Source: a virus (lineage: Duplodnaviria; Caudoviricetes). From it: a stretch of 45,293 bases of DNA. Position numbers and translations under genes: made by a program. The stretch is taken from the IMG/VR virus record IMGVR_UViG_3300032303_001474, positions 1 through 45,293 of that record; one strand, given 5' to 3'. Each line of letters starts with the position of its first letter. Within the stretch, counting starts at the first letter, position 1. Of this stretch, positions 15,245 through 23,428 are shown piece after piece. A model generated the notes under the pieces. That model saw nothing but the letters and a program-made list of their open reading frames with translations. It ran no database searches and was not told where the DNA came from.

Positions 15245-16296
15245 GGTTGCACCTCAACTTGGATCATGCTTTCACTTTGACCACAGCTATTTTTAGCTAC
15301 GACACGGTAGGTCTTTGGTCTGTCTTGATTGATGATAATGGCAGGTCCGGTTCCTACTTTTATTTTGCCTACAAACCAGGTGTATTTTGCATCAAGCTCG
15401 ACTTCTCGAACGGATAGGGTAGCGTCTTCGTTTGGCTCAATGACAAGGCTTGAGGAGTTTTCAAGCATGGGTGGTTTGCATGTTTTTTCGGTGACAATGT
15501 AGGCAACTTCTTCGTTCAAAAGGTTGCATAAATGTGGAGCGAGAGTGTAGCCTTTTTCAGCTCCAGGTCTGCCGCCTGTGCTTCCCCAGTCACTGCCCCA
15601 GGAGTTTCTAACTTTAAAGTAAACTTTACCTCCGATTGTTTTCCAGCCAACGAGTCCAACAGCATGGTTAATGTCGCGGCTACCGCACCTTTGCATAACC
15701 CCGTCGTCTCCAGTAGGAGCAACATCCCATTGTCCTTCCGCTGATACGACGGTCCAAGGCACTGTCTTGGAATTGTATAGGGCACACATGACATCTTTTT
15801 CGGTCGGTGTTTTGTCTGGTTTTCCGGCGTAAAAATATCCTGATCCCTTAGCTGCGGCAGGTATCTTTTTGCAAGAGAGGTCTCTTCCTTTGTAGGGAAA
15901 GTCTTTTTCAAGTCCTTGTCCAAATTCGATCTGATAGCGAAAGTCCGATAGGAAGCCTCCCCGACATCCCCAGGATTGTTTGTCACAACTGACAAGCTCC
16001 TGCTCTGAAAGATCCAGCAGTTCTCCATTCATTAACGCATGTGCTGACTCAAGGCTTGCAGTCTTTGAAAATGCCCAACAGCTTCCACAACCACCTTGAT
16101 CACGAACAGGTGGAACTATCCCCAGGTCACGAAGGTCAAATTCTTTTGGAAGATTCTCGCAATTAAAGAATGTGGAATATGTTTTTCCATAGCGTGGTTG
16201 ATGACCTTTGTATATCAATCCACGTCCTTTACTTTCAAATGATTCCTGTGCGAAGCTTTGTGATGAAAACAATAAAAACATAATTAAAAATTTCAT
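15241..16296 (-). CDS. Secreted papain-family (C1A) cysteine protease with Ig-like C-terminal domain
   Basis: QGGCGSCWAFS, LSEQELVSC, NHAVGLVGW, RNSWG; signal peptide; GGAGGT RBS before ATG 16296. Confidence 0.93.
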   Translation of the reverse strand: MKFLIMFLLFSSQSFAQESFESKGRGLIYKGHQPRYGKTYSTFFNCENLPKEFDLRDLGIVPPVRDQGGCGSCWAFSKTASLESAHALMNGELLDLSEQELVSCDKQSWGCRGGFLSDFRYQIEFGQGLEKDFPYKGRDLSCKKIPAAAKGSGYFYAGKPDKTPTEKDVMCALYNSKTVPWTVVSAEGQWDVAPTGDDGVMQRCGSRDINHAVGLVGWKTIGGKVYFKVRNSWGSDWGSTGGRPGAEKGYTLAPHLCNLLNEEVAYIVTEKTCKPPMLENSSSLVIEPNEDATLSVREVELDAKYTWFVGKIKVGTGPAIIINQDRPKTYRVVAKNSCGQSESMIQVEVQP

Positions 16297-16303
16297 AGAC
16301 ACC

Positions 16304-16335
16304 TCCAATCCTTGATTGTCTCACGCAAGATTGGA
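16304..16335 (-). promoter_or_regulatory. Inverted repeat overlapping the protease SD
   Basis: mRNA UCCAAUCUUG..CAAGGAUUGGA directly continues into GGUGUCUAUG. Confidence 0.5.
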
Positions 16336-16411
16336 AGCAATACTGTGAACAAACATGACGATGGGACACTGCGCGCTAGGTTTACATATTCGTGATTGAT
16401 AGCATCAAGGC

Positions 16412-17110
16412 ATGACTAAATTTGCAGATGATCATTTCTATTCGCTTGTAAGCAAAGAATTTGCCGACGCAGTAGATCATATAGCTCCAGCTGTTTGTGA
16501 TTTGAGTGAGCCTGAGTTGAAGTCAATGGTAAAGCCTACGCCGCTTGACTATGCGCTGAAGACTAGCTTTTGGAGAGAGTTTCAAAAAGCAGATGCCGCT
16601 GGTGGAGTTGTTACTGGTCGTGATGTTTACGGCGGGATAGCAACCCCTGGTTACTTTCGTAATCACGTTCTCAAAAATCAATTTAAACTTGCCTGGTTAT
16701 GTCGTCCCACACAAGTCTACGAGAAGGAAGTTGAAGCACTGCTCACTCGCGGTACTGAGAGACTTTGGGAAATTATCGATATGGATATCTATGACGACAA
16801 TGGACGAATCGATGTAAAGCGCGGGGCCTTGGTGCTAGATACCATTCGCATGGTTGAACAGCGAGCTAAGGGTCTAGCGGTTCAACGTGTCCAGTCTGTC
16901 AATTTGAATATCGAAGGTCATAAGCCAAAAGTGCTTGCGGCTAGTGATGATATCGACAAGAGAATCTTAGAACTAGAATCCGAGCTAAAACGTTTACCTC
17001 AAGGGCAGGAAGCTATTGATGTCGAACCAACAGGCGAAGAAAGAATACTTGAAGCTATTGGAGTTGAAGAGGATGCAGCAGGAGATGCTGCCTCACCTTT
17101 ACGGGCTTGA
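16412..17110 (+). CDS. terS: Probable terminase small subunit
   Basis: Helical protein immediately upstream of and overlapping terL; positional call. Confidence 0.55.
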   Translation: MTKFADDHFYSLVSKEFADAVDHIAPAVCDLSEPELKSMVKPTPLDYALKTSFWREFQKADAAGGVVTGRDVYGGIATPGYFRNHVLKNQFKLAWLCRPTQVYEKEVEALLTRGTERLWEIIDMDIYDDNGRIDVKRGALVLDTIRMVEQRAKGLAVQRVQSVNLNIEGHKPKVLAASDDIDKRILELESELKRLPQGQEAIDVEPTGEERILEAIGVEEDAAGDAASPLRA

Positions 17111-18521
17111 ACGCTACCAATGGCAGATAGACTTCTTTGAGTCGACAAATCGCTATAACTTTTTGACGGCTGCTAACCAGATTGGTAAGTCGTCCATCCA
17201 GATATGCAAGGCTATTCATTGGGCTACTTGTCGGGATATCTGGCCAAGTTTGTGGTCAAAGACACCGACCATGTTTTTTTATTTCTATGCTGACGCAAAC
17301 CAAGCCACGATTGAATTTCACGAGAAATGGATCAAAGAGTTCTTGCCTCGTGGAGAAATGAAGAACCATCCAGACTACGGATGGCGATGTGAGTATGACA
17401 ACAGAAAAAAAATACATGCACTTCATTTTAACACCGGTGTTTCCATATATTTTAAAACATACGAGATGTCTGCCCATGCTCTACAGGCCAGTTCAGTTTC
17501 AGCTGTCTTTGCCGACGAAGAGATGCCTAAGCACCTATTTGATGAGGTCAACGTTCGTCTGATTGCCGCAAGCAATAAGGGCTATTTCCACATGGTTTTT
17601 ACTGCCACCCGTGGACAAGAGTTTTGGCGTTTAACGATTGAACCAAAGCCTAGTGAAAAGGAAAATTTTCCTGGAGCTTTTAAAAAACAGGTCAGTATGT
17701 ATGACTGTCTTTACTACGCTAACGGTAAGCCAAGCAAATGGACGGTTGATTACATCCAGGAGATTGAAGGATCTTGCTCTGACCCCATCGAAGTACAGCG
17801 TCGTGTCTACGGTAAGTTTGTTCGTGTTGATGGTCTGTTAGTTAATGGATTTAGGCGAGATAAGAACACGACCACAGAGTGCAAAATACCAGAGGACTGG
17901 AAATGGTATTCAGGAACAGACGCCGGTACTGGTGGAGGAAGAGGCCATCCAGCAGCGTTTGTCTTTGTGGCCGTGAGTCCAGATTATAAACAAGGCAAGG
18001 TGGTAGAGGTGTGGAGGGGTGACGATGTTGTGACTTCTTCAGCTGACATGCTCACGAAATATCAGACCATGCGTAAAGGTAGACGCTGCATTCAAGAGAC
18101 TTACGACTTTGGCGGTATCGGTAAAGACTACGGCATATTGGCTGAAAGAGCTGGAGAAGGTTTTACCAGAGCCAGGAAAGATCGAGAGCTTGGATTTGGA
18201 ATATTAAATGACGTTTTCAGGCTTGGCATTTTAGAAATATGTATAATCGATAATGAAAGTGAAAAGCTTTGTATCGAGCTATCTAGTGCATCAAGCGGTG
18301 CAGACAAGACACACGCCAAAGATGACCTCATCGACGCATTGCGCTACGCAATTGTAGACATTCCGTGGGTCATGGCAGAGAGACCTAAAAAGATATCAGA
18401 ACAGCAGGTTCAAACGTATCGCGGTAGGGGTCAGCCAATGGTTGATTCGCGTCGCGGTTTTGATCTTTTGATCGATGAATATGCAGAATGGAATGAAGAT
18501 TGTGAATTTCTTGGATATTGA
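17019..18521 (+). CDS. terL: Terminase large subunit
   Basis: AANQIGKS Walker A, FADEE Walker B, TAT, nuclease GTDAG and DDLIDALRY. Confidence 0.93.
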   Translation: MSNQQAKKEYLKLLELKRMQQEMLPHLYGLERYQWQIDFFESTNRYNFLTAANQIGKSSIQICKAIHWATCRDIWPSLWSKTPTMFFYFYADANQATIEFHEKWIKEFLPRGEMKNHPDYGWRCEYDNRKKIHALHFNTGVSIYFKTYEMSAHALQASSVSAVFADEEMPKHLFDEVNVRLIAASNKGYFHMVFTATRGQEFWRLTIEPKPSEKENFPGAFKKQVSMYDCLYYANGKPSKWTVDYIQEIEGSCSDPIEVQRRVYGKFVRVDGLLVNGFRRDKNTTTECKIPEDWKWYSGTDAGTGGGRGHPAAFVFVAVSPDYKQGKVVEVWRGDDVVTSSADMLTKYQTMRKGRRCIQETYDFGGIGKDYGILAERAGEGFTRARKDRELGFGILNDVFRLGILEICIIDNESEKLCIELSSASSGADKTHAKDDLIDALRYAIVDIPWVMAERPKKISEQQVQTYRGRGQPMVDSRRGFDLLIDEYAEWNEDCEFLGY

Positions 18522-18538
18522 GCCACAAGGGGGATGCC

Positions 18539-18790
18539 ATGAAAGAGGAAAGTGATCTAGCATTTAGTGTCAATGACATTGTTATTCTCATGGAAACATG
18601 CCGAAAGAATGGTGTCATAGAGTTTACTGCTGGTGGATTATCTCTGAAGCTCGTTAATGATTTGTTCATTCGAGACACAATACAAGAACATCAAACCTCC
18701 AGCAGACAAACTCGCCAAGACACGGACCAGCTTCTAATTGAAGATCCGCTTGCCTTTGAAGAAGCAATGTTGAGGGCGCAAAGTGAATAA
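18539..18790 (+). CDS. Small protein between terL and portal
   Basis: AAGGGGG RBS before ATG 18539; overlaps portal start. Confidence 0.65.
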   Translation: MKEESDLAFSVNDIVILMETCRKNGVIEFTAGGLSLKLVNDLFIRDTIQEHQTSSRQTRQDTDQLLIEDPLAFEEAMLRAQSE

Positions 18791-20909
18791 GAATATTTCT
18801 GATCTGAATACTCTGTATCAACAGGCTGAAGCTATCGACACAGAGTTGTTTGCAGAACAGAGAAGCAATGTTCTTCTTGTGAGTGGTCTTCATTACGCAA
18901 AGAAGATGAGAGAGTTCCTGCTTAGAACGGGATCTGTAATTAATCGAGATCAAAAAGTTCGCATCGTTCGTAATCATTTAAAAAAGATTATGACGACCTA
19001 CCAGAACAACATCTTGTCTCATAGTCCAGGTGTTGCCATCAAAGCTAAAAATGACAGTGAGCTTCAAGACCAAAAGATGGCTGAGTTGGCTACGGCTGTA
19101 TGGGCAGACTGGAGAGAGCGGTCTGATTTCCATGGCAAGAATCGAAAGCTGTGCCAAGACTTTGTGGAGCTTGGCGAGGCTATCGTTAAGATTTTCTTCG
19201 ATCCAAATGCTGGTAAGTTTCTTGGTTATGAGCCTGAAATGGATGAGATGGGTATGCCAATCATCGGTGAAGACGGGCAACCAAAGGCAAAACCAAAGTT
19301 TGAAGGCGAAGTGGTTGTGGAGCGCGTCCTTGGTTTTAACCTACTTCGAGACCCAGAGGCTAAAGCTTGGGATGAATGTCGATGGGTTTGTATCAGAAAA
19401 ATGGTTGATACAAAAAATCTTAAAGAAATGGTTAGCTTTAGTGACGACCTTGTAAGACTCGTTCAAGAATCAAGCAAGACCACCTACCAAGTATTTGATG
19501 GTCAAACCAGCTCATACACTGAATCAAAGACACAGACATTAACAAAAGAATTCTACTTCAAGCCTTGTCACACGTATCCAAATGGCTACTACTACATCTG
19601 TACAGAAGATGGGATTTTATTTGAAGGTGAGCTTCCAAACGGAGAATGGCCTTTTGAGATAGCCAGTTTTGATGAGTTTCCTACCAGCTGTCGTGGATAC
19701 TCCATGATTAAACAGCTTCGTCCTATTCAAGCAGAGATCAATCGAGCAGCATCCAGTATTGTTCAGACTCAGCTTACATTGGGTATGGATAAGATCATTC
19801 TCCGTAACGGCAGCTCGATGGAGTCTGGCGGTGAAGCCCACGGTATTAAGGCTATTCAAGTTGTTGGTCAAGACCCTACCGTTATACCAGGTCGAAGTGG
19901 TGAGCAGTTTGTTGGTTATCTTGGTGACTGCGTAACTGAGTTATACAACATTGCAATGGTATCGGAAGACTCAGTTGAAAATCAAAATGGCCAAGTAGAT
20001 CCATATGGGATGCTATTTAGGACCATTAAAGAGAAAAAGAAATTTATTATCTGGGGTGAAAAGTACGAGAAGTTTATCAAAGCCGTTTGTAAGAAGGTTT
20101 TGAAAATGACTAAAGCGTACTACAACGCAGAAAGAATTATTCCAATTGTCGGAAGAAATGAAATAGTTAATGTCGCTGAATGGACCAATACACCAGACCT
20201 TAGCTATGCGATTGAGACTGAATCAAGCTCTGAAGATGTCGAATCAAAAATGGGCCGTCAGCTCACTTTAAATCACATCCTGCAATATTCTGGTTCAAAC
20301 ATGGCTCCGCAAGATGTTGGCAAGATCTTAAGAATGATGCCTTACGTCAATAACGAGCGTCTGTTTGATGACATGACAATCGACTACGATATTGCGACAA
20401 ATACTATTTTAAGACTTGATCGTGGCGAAATGGTCAACCCAAAGCCAAACGACAATCATACATATTTGATTTCAAGATTAGACAACAGGATGAAGGCACC
20501 AGACTTTGATTTTCTTCCTCCTGAAGTGCAACAGATTTACCAGCAAGTTTATCAACAGCACAGTCAATTGTTAGCCGATGAGCAAGCCAAGCTTCAGGCT
20601 ATGAAAGATGGGTTTGTTCCAACGGGTGGATACTTAGTCGCATGTGACTTCTATGTGTCCGATACCAAAAACCCAGACAAGCTGCCAAAACGTGCGAGAC
20701 TTCCATACGAGTCTCTCATGTGGCTCATGAACCGCCTTGAAACGCAGGGCATGAATCAGCAGCAACTAGATTTGATGAGTAATGCCAGTCTTGCAAGTGT
20801 TGGCAGTCTCATGGGTCCACCGCCTAATGTCCAAGGCCAGGATATTCAAGCGATGAGTCCCTTATCAACAGGGGCGTATGCCCAACAATTAGAGCCAGGC
20901 CAAGGCTAA
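18783..20909 (+). CDS. Portal protein
   Basis: 708 aa after terL; IVRNHL, DPEA, GYSMIKQLRPIQAEIN, Q/P-rich tail. Confidence 0.85.
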   Translation: MNKNISDLNTLYQQAEAIDTELFAEQRSNVLLVSGLHYAKKMREFLLRTGSVINRDQKVRIVRNHLKKIMTTYQNNILSHSPGVAIKAKNDSELQDQKMAELATAVWADWRERSDFHGKNRKLCQDFVELGEAIVKIFFDPNAGKFLGYEPEMDEMGMPIIGEDGQPKAKPKFEGEVVVERVLGFNLLRDPEAKAWDECRWVCIRKMVDTKNLKEMVSFSDDLVRLVQESSKTTYQVFDGQTSSYTESKTQTLTKEFYFKPCHTYPNGYYYICTEDGILFEGELPNGEWPFEIASFDEFPTSCRGYSMIKQLRPIQAEINRAASSIVQTQLTLGMDKIILRNGSSMESGGEAHGIKAIQVVGQDPTVIPGRSGEQFVGYLGDCVTELYNIAMVSEDSVENQNGQVDPYGMLFRTIKEKKKFIIWGEKYEKFIKAVCKKVLKMTKAYYNAERIIPIVGRNEIVNVAEWTNTPDLSYAIETESSSEDVESKMGRQLTLNHILQYSGSNMAPQDVGKILRMMPYVNNERLFDDMTIDYDIATNTILRLDRGEMVNPKPNDNHTYLISRLDNRMKAPDFDFLPPEVQQIYQQVYQQHSQLLADEQAKLQAMKDGFVPTGGYLVACDFYVSDTKNPDKLPKRARLPYESLMWLMNRLETQGMNQQQLDLMSNASLASVGSLMGPPPNVQGQDIQAMSPLSTGAYAQQLEPGQG

Positions 20910-20919
20910 AGGAGAGTTT

Positions 20920-21900
20920 ATGACGGTAGAAAATGCAAGCCCAGCAGAATCAATTGCAAGTACGGAAACTGCGAGTGTGGCGGTTGAATCCACACCGGCT
21001 GTTCAAACGGAATCACCAGCAAGTGAGCCCGCTAAGACGGAAGGTGCCCCTCAACCCAGCTACACGCCTAATTACGAGTTCAAAGTTTATGATAAGGTAC
21101 ACCAATTCCCAGAGTGGCTTCGGCCTACGATCAAAGATAAAGGTCATGAGGATCAACTTCGTGACATCTTTAGTCGTGCTTATGGGCTGGATGGACTGAA
21201 GCATAAGTATGAGAAAACTAAAGAATCACTGACTAAGTATGGCGAAGTTGAAAAGAAGTACGCCGAACAGACAACTGGTCTTAAAAATCTCATGGCTCTT
21301 CGCGAGCATGATCTCGGTCAATTTATTCAGGCAGTAGGGTTGAATGATGAGATGATTCTTCAGCACTATAATAATGTCATGCGAGCCAAGCAAGACCCTG
21401 AATTTGCAGCACAGTACAATGCGTCAATTGAAGCTCGTCGTCAAAAACTGGAAGCTACTCAAGAACAAGAGTCGCTAAAGTCGCAAATGGAAAGTTTGCA
21501 GCAGGAAAGAAACCAAATCCAGCTGGAGCGTCACGTTAGCGTCTTTGAACAAACACTACAAAAACCTGAAGTTCAATCATTTGCATCAACATTCGATCAG
21601 CGTGTTGGTCGTGATGGAGCTTTTAAGGATGAAGCGATTGATGTTGGAAACTACATCTACATGAAAGAGCAACGCTATGCTCCTCCGCAAGAGGTGTTTG
21701 GCATACTTATGCAGAAGTATGGAGCATTTGTTGGCTTAGGACAATCAGCCACAGAAACTCCGATTATCCAAACTCAAGCGGCAAAAGTATCAGCCACTAT
21801 TCCCAATGTCGGGAATGGAGCTGGAGTCAGTGTGACTAAGCCAAGGTTTAAGTCCATTGATGATATTAAAAAACATTACAATAAAACTTACGGAGAATAA
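20920..21900 (+). CDS. Capsid scaffolding protein
   Basis: Low-complexity N-terminus, coiled coil, between portal and capsid genes. Confidence 0.7.
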   Translation: MTVENASPAESIASTETASVAVESTPAVQTESPASEPAKTEGAPQPSYTPNYEFKVYDKVHQFPEWLRPTIKDKGHEDQLRDIFSRAYGLDGLKHKYEKTKESLTKYGEVEKKYAEQTTGLKNLMALREHDLGQFIQAVGLNDEMILQHYNNVMRAKQDPEFAAQYNASIEARRQKLEATQEQESLKSQMESLQQERNQIQLERHVSVFEQTLQKPEVQSFASTFDQRVGRDGAFKDEAIDVGNYIYMKEQRYAPPQEVFGILMQKYGAFVGLGQSATETPIIQTQAAKVSATIPNVGNGAGVSVTKPRFKSIDDIKKHYNKTYGE

Positions 21901-21906
21901 TAGATT

Positions 21907-23148
21907 ATGGCTACCACAAGAAGTTTTAATAACATGCTTCTTGAGTACGTTCACTACGGACTGCTCAAGGACGAACATGACAAACGTAACTACCTCATGC
22001 AAAAGGTAGAGCGCGACAATGGCTGGAAAGATGGTCCACTACCAATCGCTTTTGAAGGCGGCGCAGAAAGCTCCTTTAAAATGGGTGGTTTGACTGATGA
22101 AGCTGATATTGCTGAAGCAAAATTTGTAAAAGGCTATTGCCCACAGCAAAAAGAAATCTGGGGATCTCTCCTCTGGAGAGAGGCGGATCTCGCCCAGCAT
22201 TCTGGTACTGGTGGAGGAGATTCTGTCTCTGAGCAGTCTTTCCTTAAAAATCTTCCAAAGCGTCTTAATGGCTTCATGGATGCAATGAAAGAGCTTGTTT
22301 CTACTGCACTTCTTTCCGGATCACATCTTGGTAAATGTACTGCTGCTGGTACAGCTGGTGGTGTATTGACTGTTGACCGTCCAGAAAGATTTGTGATTGG
22401 TCAAAAAATTGTTGCCGTTGACGCAAATAGCACACTTAAATGCTACGTAGTTGCTATTGATATTAATGCAAACAAATTGACTGTATCTAGCACTCGTGGC
22501 GGCGCTGCTGTTGATGCTTCGTCTGTTGATGTTGGAGCGAAGCTTTACATCGATGGCGCTGAGACAGCGACTAATCGTTTCACTGATCTTGTTGATCAAC
22601 TTTTGCCAGCAAGCGCGGGCGGTAGCTCTCAGCTTTTTGGTGTGAGTAAAGTCGCGTACCCTTTTCTTCAATCAATTGCTATCGACGGATCTGGACTTTC
22701 GGCGACAAATTGTTTGGACGTGGTATTCGACGCTTGGCAAGAAGTTATCCGTAAAGGTCGCGGAACGACTGACAAGACTCTACTCATGTCCTACAAGCAC
22801 ATGGGAAACATCATGAAGCAGCTAGAGAAAAACTCTGGAGCTTTCCGTCATGTTGAGACTAAAGTTTCTGCGTACGGCTACACTGAGATCACCATTGCTG
22901 GTGCTAAGGGTGTTGTTAAACTTGCAGCAGTACAAGAAATGCGTGATGACGTTATGATCTTTGTTGACTGGTCGGCTATGAAGTTCCACACAAATGGTGA
23001 CTTCCATATTCACAAGGACCCAGAAGGAAAAGCGTATCACACAGTCAGAAATGTCGATGGGTATTACTACGTTTCCGACGTTTGCTTGAGAGGAGAGCTA
23101 ATAGTTCATTCGCCGTGGAAGATGGGCGTTATCCACTCGATTCCTTAA
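21907..23148 (+). CDS. Major capsid protein
   Basis: 413 aa after scaffold, followed by strong hairpin; positional and size evidence. Confidence 0.8.
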   Translation: MATTRSFNNMLLEYVHYGLLKDEHDKRNYLMQKVERDNGWKDGPLPIAFEGGAESSFKMGGLTDEADIAEAKFVKGYCPQQKEIWGSLLWREADLAQHSGTGGGDSVSEQSFLKNLPKRLNGFMDAMKELVSTALLSGSHLGKCTAAGTAGGVLTVDRPERFVIGQKIVAVDANSTLKCYVVAIDINANKLTVSSTRGGAAVDASSVDVGAKLYIDGAETATNRFTDLVDQLLPASAGGSSQLFGVSKVAYPFLQSIAIDGSGLSATNCLDVVFDAWQEVIRKGRGTTDKTLLMSYKHMGNIMKQLEKNSGAFRHVETKVSAYGYTEITIAGAKGVVKLAAVQEMRDDVMIFVDWSAMKFHTNGDFHIHKDPEGKAYHTVRNVDGYYYVSDVCLRGELIVHSPWKMGVIHSIP

Positions 23149-23165
23149 TTCACAGTTCCATGCAA

Positions 23166-23189
23166 GGGGGCTACCTTCGGGTAGCTCCC
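23166..23189 (+). terminator. Stable cUUCGg hairpin after capsid gene
   Basis: GGGGGCTACC-TTCG-GGTAGCTCCC; no U tract. Confidence 0.65.
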
Positions 23190-23203
23190 ATTGAGGTAAA
23201 ATC

Positions 23204-23425
23204 ATGAAAAGTCAAACAGCCCTACTCACTACTGGTCTTCATGAGTATGTCAAACAAAAGATGCTTTATGACGCTAGCGGAAGACTTGTCGCTGTTTACG
23301 AAGCTAGGACTGATGCTACTGATGGTGAACCTGCTTTGCTTACGACATACACCTACTACGGAACAAGTAACCGAGTTGATGTAATGAAAGAAGCAGAAGC
23401 ATCTTGGGACGGAGCTTGGGGGTAA
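23204..23425 (+). CDS. Small virion-region protein with YD-like motif
   Basis: YDASGRL..TTYTY; GAGGT RBS. Confidence 0.65.
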   Translation: MKSQTALLTTGLHEYVKQKMLYDASGRLVAVYEARTDATDGEPALLTTYTYYGTSNRVDVMKEAEASWDGAWG

Positions 23426-23428
23426 CAA

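Noticed and set aside
15516-16028. 170-aa alternate-frame ORF inside the protease (also 6433-6765, 19030-19455 and many antisense ORFs)
   Set aside because: No recognisable motifs and fully nested in well-supported genes; treated as shadow ORFs
23100-23204. Capsid frameshift or read-through extension
   Set aside because: No slippery heptamer near the TAA, and the next gene has its own RBS
23204-23425. Rhs/YD-repeat toxin
   Set aside because: A single YD-like unit in 73 aa, with no repeat array or toxin domain
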